Source: Candidatus Omnitrophota bacterium | Lineage (GTDB): Bacteria > Omnitrophota > Gorgyraeia > Duberdicusellales > 4484-171 | Direction: 5' to 3' | Length of the DNA stretch: 64,000 nucleotides | Assembly (NCBI GenBank): GCA_037146775.1 | Contig: JBAWWL010000010.1 | Coordinates: 12,963-76,962 of the forward strand | Shown: positions 9,441 through 18,667 of the stretch, piece by piece | Layout: every line of letters begins with the position of its first letter | Position numbering within the stretch: the first letter of the stretch is position 1 | Notes under the pieces: model-generated | What the model saw: only the letters and a program-made list of their open reading frames with translations | Database searches by the model: none | Told to the model about the DNA's origin: nothing | Program-made: the position numbers and the translations under genes

Positions 9441-10070
9441 TTATACTTCTTTTGGTAAGTTACCAATGTAGCGTTTAATAAGTTCCGCAATATGCGAAAA
9501 ACGGCATTGCGCTAACCATTCTTTTTGAAAAACACTTGCCCCAAAGGTTATCGCGCTAGCACCATTGGTGAAATAGGCGCGCATATTTTCGGGAGTAACT
9601 CCGCCGCACGCTAAAAGCTCTATCGAATCAAAAGGGCCTTTTATTTCCTTAAAGTATTCTGGGCCGAAAAATCTTGCCGGGAATACTTTTACCATGGTTG
9701 CGCCCATGCCCCAGGCAGTATATATCTCCTGAGGAGTAAGTGCGCCAGGAAATACCGGTATATTTTGCTTAAGGCAAGACTTTACGAGTTTTTGCGTGCA
9801 TGTGGGCATTACTATGAATGTTGCACCGGCCCTTAGGGCATTATTGAGTTGTTTTACGGTTAATACCGTTCCGGCGCCGATTGTTAATTTGCCGGAAGCG
9901 ATATTTTTGGCTGTTTTAATCAAATGAACGGCGTTGTCGGTATTCATGGTGATTTCGATAGTTTCGAGGCCGCTTGCAATAATAGTTTCGATGAGCGGTG
10001 TGAGAATCTTGAGGTCAACCCCTCTTAGAATCCCCATGATTGGTTTTTTCCTAAAACGCGCAATATCCAT
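9441..10070 (-). CDS. eda: KDPG / KHG aldolase (2-dehydro-3-deoxy-phosphogluconate aldolase)
   Basis: GILRGVDL … IEITMNT … GAGTVLT … FIVMP motifs typical of the Eda family. 209 aa. Confidence 0.7.
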   Translation of the reverse strand: MDIARFRKKPIMGILRGVDLKILTPLIETIIASGLETIEITMNTDNAVHLIKTAKNIASGKLTIGAGTVLTVKQLNNALRAGATFIVMPTCTQKLVKSCLKQNIPVFPGALTPQEIYTAWGMGATMVKVFPARFFGPEYFKEIKGPFDSIELLACGGVTPENMRAYFTNGASAITFGASVFQKEWLAQCRFSHIAELIKRYIGNLPKEV

Positions 10071-10072
10071 GA

Positions 10073-11023
10073 TTAATCTTCGTCGACTCCCGCGAGACTA
10101 TCGTAAAATTCTCGGTAATTTTCCTTTTTGTCGCTGTCGCGCAAGGCTATTGCGGCCCTAGGGTGCTCGTCTAGAATGCCTGTAATTGCGTAGGGAATGA
10201 TGTAGCCCCACTCCATTTTTTCCCGTAACGGAATAAACTCGGTGGATATGACATCGAGAATCGGTCGAATATCGAATTTTGGATTTTTCAGGAAGCCGAG
10301 AATCAGTTCTAAAGGGCAATTGCCGGCAGCTCGGCCCAGGCCATAAATAGTTCCGTCAACGTAATTGGCATTATGTATAATTGCTTCAATGGTATTACCA
10401 AAGGCGAGTTGCTGGTTGTTATGCGCATGGATGCCGATTTCTTTAGTTTTAATAATTTCTTTTGCTTTTTTTATCAAATATTCGGTTGTTTCCTGATAGA
10501 GTGCACCGAAACTATCAACGATATAAATAACGTTTGCTCTACATTCTTTTTCAAGTTGGCATAGACATTCAGTGAGTTCGTTATCCAGTGCGTGCGAAAT
10601 TGCCATAATATTTACAGTAGTTTCGTATCCTAAATCCGCAAAATGATTAACCAGATGTATTCCCTTATCGATATCTTTCACATAAGAGGCCACGCGTACC
10701 ATGGTGACTGGGCTATCTTTGCGGGGTTTAATATCCTCCATGTCAACTCGGTCGACATCAACCATGACAGACAGTTTTGTTTTTGATTCAATTCCTTCCG
10801 TTATTCTTTTGATATCTTCATCGTCGCAAAATTTCCATTTGCCGAATTCCTGAGCCGAAAACAGACGTTTGGAATTCTTGTACCCTATTTCCATGTAGTC
10901 TACGCCCGCATCCGAAAGCGCTTTGTATACGGCGCGCACAAAAGTATCTTCAAAGTCATGATTGTTGATGAGTCCGCCGTCGCGTATGGTGCAGTCCAGC
11001 ACCTTTATCTTTTCTCTAAACAT
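10073..11023 (-). CDS. HMGL-like (DRE-TIM metallolyase) aldolase, 4-hydroxy-2-oxovalerate aldolase-like
   Basis: N-terminal VLDCTIRDGGL pyruvate-carboxyltransferase signature. 316 aa. Confidence 0.5.
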   Translation of the reverse strand: MFREKIKVLDCTIRDGGLINNHDFEDTFVRAVYKALSDAGVDYMEIGYKNSKRLFSAQEFGKWKFCDDEDIKRITEGIESKTKLSVMVDVDRVDMEDIKPRKDSPVTMVRVASYVKDIDKGIHLVNHFADLGYETTVNIMAISHALDNELTECLCQLEKECRANVIYIVDSFGALYQETTEYLIKKAKEIIKTKEIGIHAHNNQQLAFGNTIEAIIHNANYVDGTIYGLGRAAGNCPLELILGFLKNPKFDIRPILDVISTEFIPLREKMEWGYIIPYAITGILDEHPRAAIALRDSDKKENYREFYDSLAGVDED

Positions 11024-11125
11024 TACTCCTCCTTATTATATAGGTCTGATTAGTATAAATAATCTTCTATTATCATGTGCGCATTGAAACTGTTTGGTTG
11101 CTGCATGTAAACGGATAGGGAAGTT

Positions 11126-11878
11126 TTATTTGTATTTATTTAAGACGTCTAACAATTTTTTAGCACATGCTGGCATGGCTACTTTTTTTTCGATTAGTAT
11201 TTCTTTTGCGGACAAGTTTTTTGCATAGAGCGTTTTATTGGCATCCCAGTGTTGTGTGATAACATCCCCTCCTAATTTTATTCCTGCAAACAGTCCGCGG
11301 CTTCTCGAATAGGAAAGGATTCCCCCTTTAAGCTCAACATCAGTGGCGGCTTCCGCATTTCTCCCTACCGGACCGGCAGATACCGCTGCGTCTGCGCCCA
11401 GCTTAAATTTACCTTGCAGAATGCCGTCGACACTTCTTTGATTCATTACCAACAGAACAAAATCGGTCGCCTGTCCTCCTATCTGCCAGCCGATACTGCC
11501 GCCTGCGAGAGTAAAAAATGCCGGGCTTGACCATTGTTTGGTTTTTTCGCTGCGTACCATAAGAATTCCCTGGCCATATTTACCGCCGATACCAAAACCG
11601 GCAGAAACAGTTGAGGGAAATATGGCGATAGCCGAGCATTTTTTGAGTAAATCAGCCGGGATGCTTTGATCGGGCATTTGTTGTATTTCTGCTAATATTT
11701 TACCCGCTTCCTCTACGAGCGCTGTCCATTTATCTTCAGCATAGGTTGCTGTTGGTGTGACCGCAAAAACACATAATAAAGAAAGCAAAAATATGCCCGT
11801 TATTCGTTTTCGTGCGGAGTTTACTTTCGTATTTTGCGGATAACGAATGGCTGCTTTTTGTAAAATATTAGTACGCAT
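11126..11878 (-). CDS. SYLF (Ysc84-like, DUF500) lipid-binding domain protein, secreted
   Basis: Signal peptide, then Gly-rich GGSIGWQIGGQATDFVLLVMN … GILSYSRSRGLFAGIKLGG segments characteristic of the SYLF domain. Confidence 0.55.
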   Translation of the reverse strand: MRTNILQKAAIRYPQNTKVNSARKRITGIFLLSLLCVFAVTPTATYAEDKWTALVEEAGKILAEIQQMPDQSIPADLLKKCSAIAIFPSTVSAGFGIGGKYGQGILMVRSEKTKQWSSPAFFTLAGGSIGWQIGGQATDFVLLVMNQRSVDGILQGKFKLGADAAVSAGPVGRNAEAATDVELKGGILSYSRSRGLFAGIKLGGDVITQHWDANKTLYAKNLSAKEILIEKKVAMPACAKKLLDVLNKYK

Positions 11879-11879
11879 C

Positions 11880-13394
11880 TTATTTTATTTTTCGTGCAGA
11901 CGGTAATACTGCCTGGGTAATTTTAGGCAACGTTCCGAATAAGTTTTTGTATGCTTCGTTATATGCGTCTTTACCTGCGGCGAGCGCAAAAGTATAAGGC
12001 ATTACTGTTTTTGCTTGCAGGCTCATTGCTTTACTGACGGCGCGAATATCCCATTGTGCATGGCTGTCTTCGCGTAAGCGAGAAATATGATATAACTCTC
12101 TTGCGTTTATTCTCATTAACACACGGCGCCGGTGTGCATTGGTAAGTATATAGGCGGCCGTCTGGGGTATTTTTTTTCTAATGGCGTCATACGTGCGGTT
12201 AGTTTTTTTGATAATTTCTTTAAAATATTTTTCCATGCCCACTTCCTTGATTGATAAAGGAATTGTTACACCGAGTTGTGGTTCGTAGCTTTGGGCGGTA
12301 ATGGTAGACATGCGATGCCGTTTGAGTTGTCCGAAACAGGCGGCGGAAAGTATTATTTCAAACGTAAGATGTGCGTATTCAAATTCACGCAGCATGGAAT
12401 CGTAGAATTGCATATGTTTGCATGCGGCCTTAAATAGAGTTTGTAGTTTTTTTGGGCTCATTTTTTTTATGATACGTTTGCACTCAAGATATGATAAGTT
12501 GGTTACACTGTGTAATAAGCTCGCTGCAACACGTATATCGCCGTCTTTGCTGTATTCGACCAACGAAACCTCTTTTGCCTCGTGGTATAGCGGTTTATGT
12601 ACGCAGGTAGTTTGGGTGGATTTTATCGTGGCACGCAGCTCCGGATAGGTATAGCGGTCCCGGTCATTCGCTTCATAAAAAAGAACAATCGATGGCGCAA
12701 TTTCCGCTATTTGTGCGTGTATTGTTTTACCGAGGTCCCTTACTTCGGCTAGTTCGCTGGAAGCAAACCGGCGTAACATCAATTCAAGATTGCGGGCGTT
12801 GATGGTGAGCCCGACCTGCGATTGTGTTGCAAGGGATGTTATATAGCGTGCGTCTTCTTTTGCCCATCCTTCCAGGAGACTGTGATTTTTAGGGTCAGCA
12901 GCCAACGCACTATTTTTCTTAAAAACATATTCTTTGAGGCTGTCGAATAGCCGCGTGTATGCCTCATTTTGTTCATGAATGAGCGCGGTAAATTGCTTTT
13001 CTGTCGGTGTATTTTTAATTTCCTGGGGAATGACAAAATCCCGGTCTAGTGTTACATAACGTTGAGATTTCTCGGTATATGAGCAAAGCCTAAATTTTTC
13101 TACCTCTTCCATTGCCAGCCGCGAAATTTCCAGGATATCAAGGTTGAAGATTGCGTGTTCGGCAACGGAGTGGTGCCCCATTTTAAAAATAATGCTAGAA
13201 TTAGATTTTCGAGCGCGGTTAACTTCCGATCGTGCGTCTTTTCTTATCTCGTTGATTGGCCGAGGATCCCTGGAAATACGGGCGTAAGCCGCCGAAAGGA
13301 CTTCCGGAGTGACATCATCGCGATGGCCTCCTTTTTCTTGTAATTCCTGCAAAACAGAACTGTCAACATTGTAACCAGCTAAATAAACTTTCAT
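11880..13394 (-). CDS. thyX: FAD-dependent thymidylate synthase ThyX, tandem-duplicated (double-length)
   Basis: 504 aa. First half has HHSVAEH + KSQRY + NARNLELMLRR. Second half has the canonical RHRMSTITAQS + NARELYHISRLR. Confidence 0.75.
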   Translation of the reverse strand: MKVYLAGYNVDSSVLQELQEKGGHRDDVTPEVLSAAYARISRDPRPINEIRKDARSEVNRARKSNSSIIFKMGHHSVAEHAIFNLDILEISRLAMEEVEKFRLCSYTEKSQRYVTLDRDFVIPQEIKNTPTEKQFTALIHEQNEAYTRLFDSLKEYVFKKNSALAADPKNHSLLEGWAKEDARYITSLATQSQVGLTINARNLELMLRRFASSELAEVRDLGKTIHAQIAEIAPSIVLFYEANDRDRYTYPELRATIKSTQTTCVHKPLYHEAKEVSLVEYSKDGDIRVAASLLHSVTNLSYLECKRIIKKMSPKKLQTLFKAACKHMQFYDSMLREFEYAHLTFEIILSAACFGQLKRHRMSTITAQSYEPQLGVTIPLSIKEVGMEKYFKEIIKKTNRTYDAIRKKIPQTAAYILTNAHRRRVLMRINARELYHISRLREDSHAQWDIRAVSKAMSLQAKTVMPYTFALAAGKDAYNEAYKNLFGTLPKITQAVLPSARKIK

Positions 13395-13406
13395 AATTGT
13401 ATTGAA

Positions 13407-13667
13407 TTAGTGTTTATGTGTAATACGATAAAGGCTAAATGCGACGAGCGCATAGGCAAAAAGGCGGATAGTAATTATTGTTTCTTGCAATAATGTTTCG
13501 AGCCCTTGGATCGCGAGAATATGTGCTATTGCAAATATGCCAAATGCTGTCGCGATAAGTGCGGCTAATTCATTTTTATCTTTTTTATAGCCGCTATAGC
13601 CAAGTATAAGGATGGTAAGACATAATATTAAATTAATGATATTGATCGGATCAACTGCAAGTGACAT
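13407..13667 (-). CDS. Small hypothetical membrane protein
   Basis: 86 aa with two or three hydrophobic helices. Confidence 0.35.
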   Translation of the reverse strand: MSLAVDPINIINLILCLTILILGYSGYKKDKNELAALIATAFGIFAIAHILAIQGLETLLQETIITIRLFAYALVAFSLYRITHKH

Positions 13668-13844
13668 TTTTCCTCCTTTGATTGTGTATGTGTGTCATAT
13701 TATATGCATAACAAAACGAAAATATTATAACTCCTTTTCGGTTGATAAGCAAAATAAAATATTCGGTTCACAAAAAATAAGGTATATTTTTTGTGCGCGT
13801 TTATAGTTATTGAGAGTGTACATATTTGGCATGTTGCAAATAGT

Positions 13845-14267
13845 TTAGTGTTGTATAAAGTCTTGGTAGATCCCTACCAGGAGCGCGGTGATAGAAGTGA
13901 AAAAAATCAAAAAATAGTTAATGGTATCTTTACGGGAACGCAACGAGCATAATATTTCAGCTAAGAGATTATTTTCATCCCGGGAAAGTGTCTGGTGGGT
14001 AGCTATTTTTTCCGCGAGACCGGTATGAGTTAAGATATGTTTTAGGCGTATATCTTGACGGAACCGATAAAGGAAATAAATGAAGAATCCAGCTATGCCG
14101 ATATACCATAAAATTTTTGCGAAAAAAGGATGTGTTTTTAGGGTTATATTGACTAAACGTATCGATATAATAGCGATGATTCCAACGAAGAAGAATATCC
14201 ATGAGGTGGTTGTTTCGCGACATTGAATGTGTCTCGAGCAGTTCAAACATTTTGTATTTTTATCCAA
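13845..14267 (-). CDS. Hypothetical membrane protein
   Basis: 140 aa with several predicted TM helices. The alternative-frame ORF 13975..14250 is rejected. Confidence 0.35.
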   Translation of the reverse strand: MDKNTKCLNCSRHIQCRETTTSWIFFFVGIIAIISIRLVNITLKTHPFFAKILWYIGIAGFFIYFLYRFRQDIRLKHILTHTGLAEKIATHQTLSRDENNLLAEILCSLRSRKDTINYFLIFFTSITALLVGIYQDFIQH

Positions 14268-14581
14268 TTTTACCCCCTTCTTGGTGTGGCGTATTACATA
14301 ATTCGAAATAGTACGTATTTTACAGCGTAATAGCTTTTTTTCAATAATTTAGGTATAAGGTCATAAACAATAGCTCAATGTTTTTAAGGATAAATAGCAT
14401 AAAATATACGATCTTCTAATATTATCAATGGTTTTAGTTGTTTTTTGCAGAAAAATATGTTACTCTTAAATTGATGACAATCTGGTTTCTGATAAAGGTA
14501 AACCAAGGGTAACCTTGGGGCGCAAAGCTACCTATCCCGATATAACCGGGAAAGAGGGGTTACCAGAAAAACCATGTTTTT

Positions 14582-14609
14582 CCTAAGTTTTTCTGACTTA
14601 GGTTTTTTT
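14582..14609 (+). terminator. Intrinsic terminator-like hairpin (cctaagt-ttttctg-acttagg) followed by a T7 tract
   Basis: Perfect 7-bp stem followed by ttttttt, read directly from sequence. Confidence 0.5.
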
Positions 14610-14616
14610 ATTTAAG

Positions 14617-14656
14617 CCCTCAAGGCGCGCGATGTGTGTCTTTGAGGGTTTTTTTT
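14617..14656 (+). terminator. Second terminator-like hairpin (ccctcaa…ttgaggg) followed by a T8 tract, immediately 5' of the RBS of ORF 14670
   Basis: GC-containing stem followed by tttttttt, then GGAGGG and the ATG at 14670. Confidence 0.5.
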
Positions 14657-14669
14657 GGAGGGCTAAATA

Positions 14670-14927
14670 ATGAAAAAAGAAATAGCGTTTGCAGTAATCT
14701 TGGTAAGTATTCCTTTCCTTGCGTTTGCCGGTAGCACAGCTAACGTAAGAATATCGTGTGTTATCCCGGAACGAATTGAACTAAAAAGAACAGCCGTATC
14801 TGGGCCAACGGAATCGAATAATCAAACTGAAACAAAAAATAACAACGACAGCGAATATACCCACGCCAACAGCGAAATCCTGCGCGAGGGTAACCGGATT
14901 ATCATTGAAACTGTAGTGGTAAAATAA
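14670..14927 (+). CDS. Small secreted hypothetical protein
   Basis: Strong SD (GGAGGG) upstream and a signal peptide (MKKEIAFAVILVSIPFLAFAGS). 85 aa. It is the only plus-strand gene in this 30-kb stretch. Confidence 0.4.
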   Translation: MKKEIAFAVILVSIPFLAFAGSTANVRISCVIPERIELKRTAVSGPTESNNQTETKNNNDSEYTHANSEILREGNRIIIETVVVK

Positions 14928-14959
14928 TTATTAAAACTACAGTGCAAGGTTAGGGGTGG

Positions 14960-17830
14960 TTACTTTTTTTTAAGTGGTACAGAAAAATTGTGCGTAAATC
15001 CTTCCGAAACTTCTATCTCACTTTTTACCGCCACCGTAGGCAAATATTCTAAGGGCAATGAGTTTACGTCTAGGATTACACTATGTTTCCCCGGCTTAAT
15101 ATTCGCAAAAAAATAGGCCCCCTTATCGTTGGTGAGAGTTGTCTTTTTGCCGTCGAGAATCAATTTTGCTTTTGCAATAGGAGTGTCTTGGGTGTCTAAT
15201 TTCCCGTTGCCGTTTTCATCGTAAAAAATAACACCAGCGATCCCTGATGTTGAAGAGATTCCAAAAGCTATTTTTTGAGATGCTGATGACCGCGAGCTTA
15301 CTTGGAATGATGAAGGTGTGGTAATTATATAGCCGCGAGGAATACTAGTCATGTCTATCATGGCGTATACGCTTTCGGCACGTAAGGAAATAGAAAATTT
15401 CCCTTCTTTATCTGTGACGGTCTCGGTAGGTCCGGCAATTATTTTTATTCCCCCCACCCCCTCTTCAGCACCACTCCTGATACCGTCAGCATTACTATCC
15501 TTAAAGACTATACCTCGGATACGTAATGACGGTGTCCAGCGAAAAAAACTATCCCAGGCTAACCTAACTCCCAGGCGTGCTTCTGCTTCAATGAATTTAG
15601 CTACATCAGGATTTTCTGCCCAAACATTGCGTACCCTACCATCAAAAAAATATTGAATATCAGGTTTAGGTGAATAAGTAACATTAACAGTCCCCTCTAG
15701 ACTGTCTTCCCCGGAAAGAAATGAATGAATGGTGGTGGCGTTTTGTTCATCGCGATAGTAAGCGCGTATGGTAGTAGCCCAAGAAGGGCGGAATGCATGG
15801 TAGAAATCAACACCGCTTTCCATTACCGATGGCGTTGAACGCGTGTTGGAAGCAATTTCGTCTACCCAAGAATAAGTAATATTTGAATAAAGATAAATAT
15901 CGCGTAATAACTCTAGCCTCGCTCCACTTAAAATACTGTTACGTAGATAGTCTGAGCTTGCCGAGAGCGGATTAACGCTACTTTGATAGTTATATCCAAT
16001 ATTCGTATAGAGCGCATGGGTACGAAAAAGCGGTATATCAAAGCGTTTATTATAATTGGTTTGTGCATTTAAATTACGCTGCGGAAAAGACAACCCTGGA
16101 GAATTGGTATAGTAAAGACTTGCGGACAGATTCGATGTCGGATCAAAAGTGATATGTGCAAAATTATCCCACTCGACGTTAAGCGCGTCCGGGTTATCTT
16201 CTTTAAGGAGCAATTTATTACGATAGACGTCTATGGCAGTATTGAAGGAAATCTTATCTGTAGGCTGCCAATCAATACCAGCCAATGTTCCTATTTCTCC
16301 GCTGGCAGAAGGCCTTGAACTTATGGTCATAAAATCTTTTTCAATATTGCGAAAAGCGCAGTGTAGAATTGCGCGAGGTAATTTCCATTTATACATAACA
16401 TTAGCGGCAGTTTTTTTCTCGTCAGATGCGATTTCTGAAGCAAGCGTGGCGTTGGGGAAAATATGATTGCTCTGAAAAGAGAAAACCTTACTTCTTAAAA
16501 AATTCTTCCTATCTTGGCCATAACCGTGCGCATAATTAAGGTAAAAATTATTTTTTTTATAGGGGAAAAATCCTAATCTTAATCCTTCTATGTACGAATC
16601 TTGTTTTAGTCCGAGTACTGGGGAGAGAACACTTTGATAATAGGTACTTTCCCGGCCATAGATAACGTTGTATTGCAAATTTTTATTAAACATCGGCGCT
16701 TCTACCGAGAAACCGCGTAAGGTAACTCCTGGGACCGACAGTGAAGAGAACGGTTTAGTAAAATCAAAGCCACGTAATTTCAAGTTTTCAAATCCTAAAA
16801 AATGCCCGTCGGTTAATCCGGTGGTATAACTTGTTACTTTTTGATCTTGGTTTTGTTTTGACCATGAAAGGGAGGCATCGAATTCGCCATAGGGGGTAGG
16901 GCCAATCATGCCTGCCCATTGGTCAAAGGTTAAGCTCTGGCGTTTCATCGTGCCTAAGCGTCTTCCCCGGTAATATTGCCCCCAGTCTGAACGGTACATG
17001 AATTTAAATCCTTTCCCTTTTTCCCAGGTATTTTGTTTTTCATCAAAAAATCCAGACGGGACTACTTTTATTTGCAGTGTCCACCTAGCGTTACTATCCC
17101 AGATATGTAGAAAGGTTGACCCAACTTTTACGGCAACGATCTTTACGGAATTAGCGTTGATACGTTCGATTAGAATAATTTCCGGATTAATAGCTAAAAA
17201 ACGGGCTATACCAGAGCCTTTTACAATAAAAAATTCATCTAGAGAAAGTTGTGCGGTAAGAGGAAATTTATCTTTTGCATCAATGCTAAGTTCAATTGCC
17301 CCCTTTTCCTTTAATTCATTTTCTGTTTTTTTCCCCTGATATACCGGTGCCTGATTTATTTTTGTTTTAGATTGTTGTGTTTGCTGAATATCTTTGTTAT
17401 TTTCAATGATTATTGGTTGATTGTCTGCGGTAAGAGTCAACTTTTCTGGTTCTTTTTCGTACTGTTTGCCAGGTTCTGTCGGTATTTTCTTTCTGGGAGG
17501 GGCGAGCTTTTTTAGTGGTTGTGCTTGCGTTTTTTTCTGTAACTTTTCTACTACGGTTTTTTGCTGCTTTTTTGTAGCCGGGGTTTCTTCTATGACGCGA
17601 CCATCGATGGTTCGCTTTATAAGGTTAATATAAGAACGCGGTTCTTGAGCGCTTGGTTCGACTATTTCTGCAAGATGAAAATAATGAAGCGCGTTTCGGT
17701 AGTCCCCTTCATTTAATTCTTCTTTGCCGATTTCAAGCAGATATTCATATGAAGAAGATTCAGCATAAGCGGGTAGGGTAAGTAAACAAGAGCACAGCAG
17801 CAGTATATATAAAACAGCGATGATTTTCAT
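14960..17830 (-). CDS. Large outer-membrane beta-barrel protein with CpaC-like pilus N-domain and C-terminal CnaB/SdrD-B-type repeats (usher-like)
   Basis: Signal peptide, TPR-like segment, Lys/Gln-rich linker, and a LSLDEFFIVKGSGIARFLAIN…STFLHIWD block resembling the pilus-formation N-terminal domain of secretins. About 500 aa follow with an aromatic/Asn-rich alternating pattern (beta-barrel-like), then two roughly 90-aa blocks (…KDSNADGIRSGAE…, …YDENGNGKLD…) like SdrD-B/CnaB folds. Confidence 0.5.
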   Translation of the reverse strand: MKIIAVLYILLLCSCLLTLPAYAESSSYEYLLEIGKEELNEGDYRNALHYFHLAEIVEPSAQEPRSYINLIKRTIDGRVIEETPATKKQQKTVVEKLQKKTQAQPLKKLAPPRKKIPTEPGKQYEKEPEKLTLTADNQPIIIENNKDIQQTQQSKTKINQAPVYQGKKTENELKEKGAIELSIDAKDKFPLTAQLSLDEFFIVKGSGIARFLAINPEIILIERINANSVKIVAVKVGSTFLHIWDSNARWTLQIKVVPSGFFDEKQNTWEKGKGFKFMYRSDWGQYYRGRRLGTMKRQSLTFDQWAGMIGPTPYGEFDASLSWSKQNQDQKVTSYTTGLTDGHFLGFENLKLRGFDFTKPFSSLSVPGVTLRGFSVEAPMFNKNLQYNVIYGRESTYYQSVLSPVLGLKQDSYIEGLRLGFFPYKKNNFYLNYAHGYGQDRKNFLRSKVFSFQSNHIFPNATLASEIASDEKKTAANVMYKWKLPRAILHCAFRNIEKDFMTISSRPSASGEIGTLAGIDWQPTDKISFNTAIDVYRNKLLLKEDNPDALNVEWDNFAHITFDPTSNLSASLYYTNSPGLSFPQRNLNAQTNYNKRFDIPLFRTHALYTNIGYNYQSSVNPLSASSDYLRNSILSGARLELLRDIYLYSNITYSWVDEIASNTRSTPSVMESGVDFYHAFRPSWATTIRAYYRDEQNATTIHSFLSGEDSLEGTVNVTYSPKPDIQYFFDGRVRNVWAENPDVAKFIEAEARLGVRLAWDSFFRWTPSLRIRGIVFKDSNADGIRSGAEEGVGGIKIIAGPTETVTDKEGKFSISLRAESVYAMIDMTSIPRGYIITTPSSFQVSSRSSASQKIAFGISSTSGIAGVIFYDENGNGKLDTQDTPIAKAKLILDGKKTTLTNDKGAYFFANIKPGKHSVILDVNSLPLEYLPTVAVKSEIEVSEGFTHNFSVPLKKK

Positions 17831-18636
17831 TAATCACGTACGTTGGAAATTAGTACTTCTCCTTGTGGCGAAAAGGAAACATCAATTTCTTTAACTAATA
17901 CGTCACCTCCTTCTAGGTCAAAATTAAAAAAGAGCGTGTAATCGCCAGGCGAGATATCTTTTGGTAAGGAGATTTTAATTTCTGTCTTATTCCCTGGCAG
18001 AGTGTAAAGCTCAGGCGTTGTCCCTCTATCAGCTACTATACCCTTTGCATCCATAATATAGTAAGAACCTTTAGCGTAAAGGAAAGTTTCGCCGCCGTTA
18101 GTGAAGCTTCCAGTGAATGAGCGGCCTTTAGCCGCTAAAGCGTCAAAAACAGCTTTCTTTTTACCCGGTTTTGGTTCAATAATTATTAATGAACCTACTC
18201 GGCCTAAAATCATAACAGTTTTACCCTCCTGGTCAAACCCCTTCCCGATAGTAGTTTCGAAGAAAAGAACGCCGCAATGTACTTTCGTAAAGCTTGCGTT
18301 TGGTTTTAGATTGAGTTTAATTTCTTTACGTTCACGGGCAGCTAGATTTATTTCTTGCGGTGCGAAGCTAATCCATGAAGCAAGAGAAGTGTCGGTTGTA
18401 CCAGGAGAGTAAAACTCTTTTGTTCCGTCGAAAGGAGAAACATATACGAAATCTTCCAGATATATGCGCACGGCAACCGGAGTATCAAGCGTATTTTCTA
18501 CATTGATGGTATCGCTATAGGTATCAGTTACGGCAAGATAAGTGTGTATTTTGGGGTTATCAATTCTCAGTGCAAAAGCTGATACCGGTAGCATTGTAAT
18601 AATAGCGCATAACGTAATAAACCTGAAAAATAGCAT
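17830..18636 (-). CDS. Secreted periplasmic protein, possible pilus chaperone-like
   Basis: Signal peptide. Alternating beta-strand pattern (DTINVENTLDTPVAVRIYLE) reminiscent of the PapD-family N-domain. Tightly coupled to flanking genes. Confidence 0.35.
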   Translation of the reverse strand: MLFFRFITLCAIITMLPVSAFALRIDNPKIHTYLAVTDTYSDTINVENTLDTPVAVRIYLEDFVYVSPFDGTKEFYSPGTTDTSLASWISFAPQEINLAARERKEIKLNLKPNASFTKVHCGVLFFETTIGKGFDQEGKTVMILGRVGSLIIIEPKPGKKKAVFDALAAKGRSFTGSFTNGGETFLYAKGSYYIMDAKGIVADRGTTPELYTLPGNKTEIKISLPKDISPGDYTLFFNFDLEGGDVLVKEIDVSFSPQGEVLISNVRD

Positions 18637-18667
18637 TATTTCTCCGTTTTTCCTCTTGGCATAAAAA

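Noticed and set aside
13975-14250. Alternative-frame ORF nested in 13845..14267
   Set aside because: Same strand, different frame. The longer ORF has a membrane-protein hydrophobicity pattern and is preferred. Neither can be confirmed.
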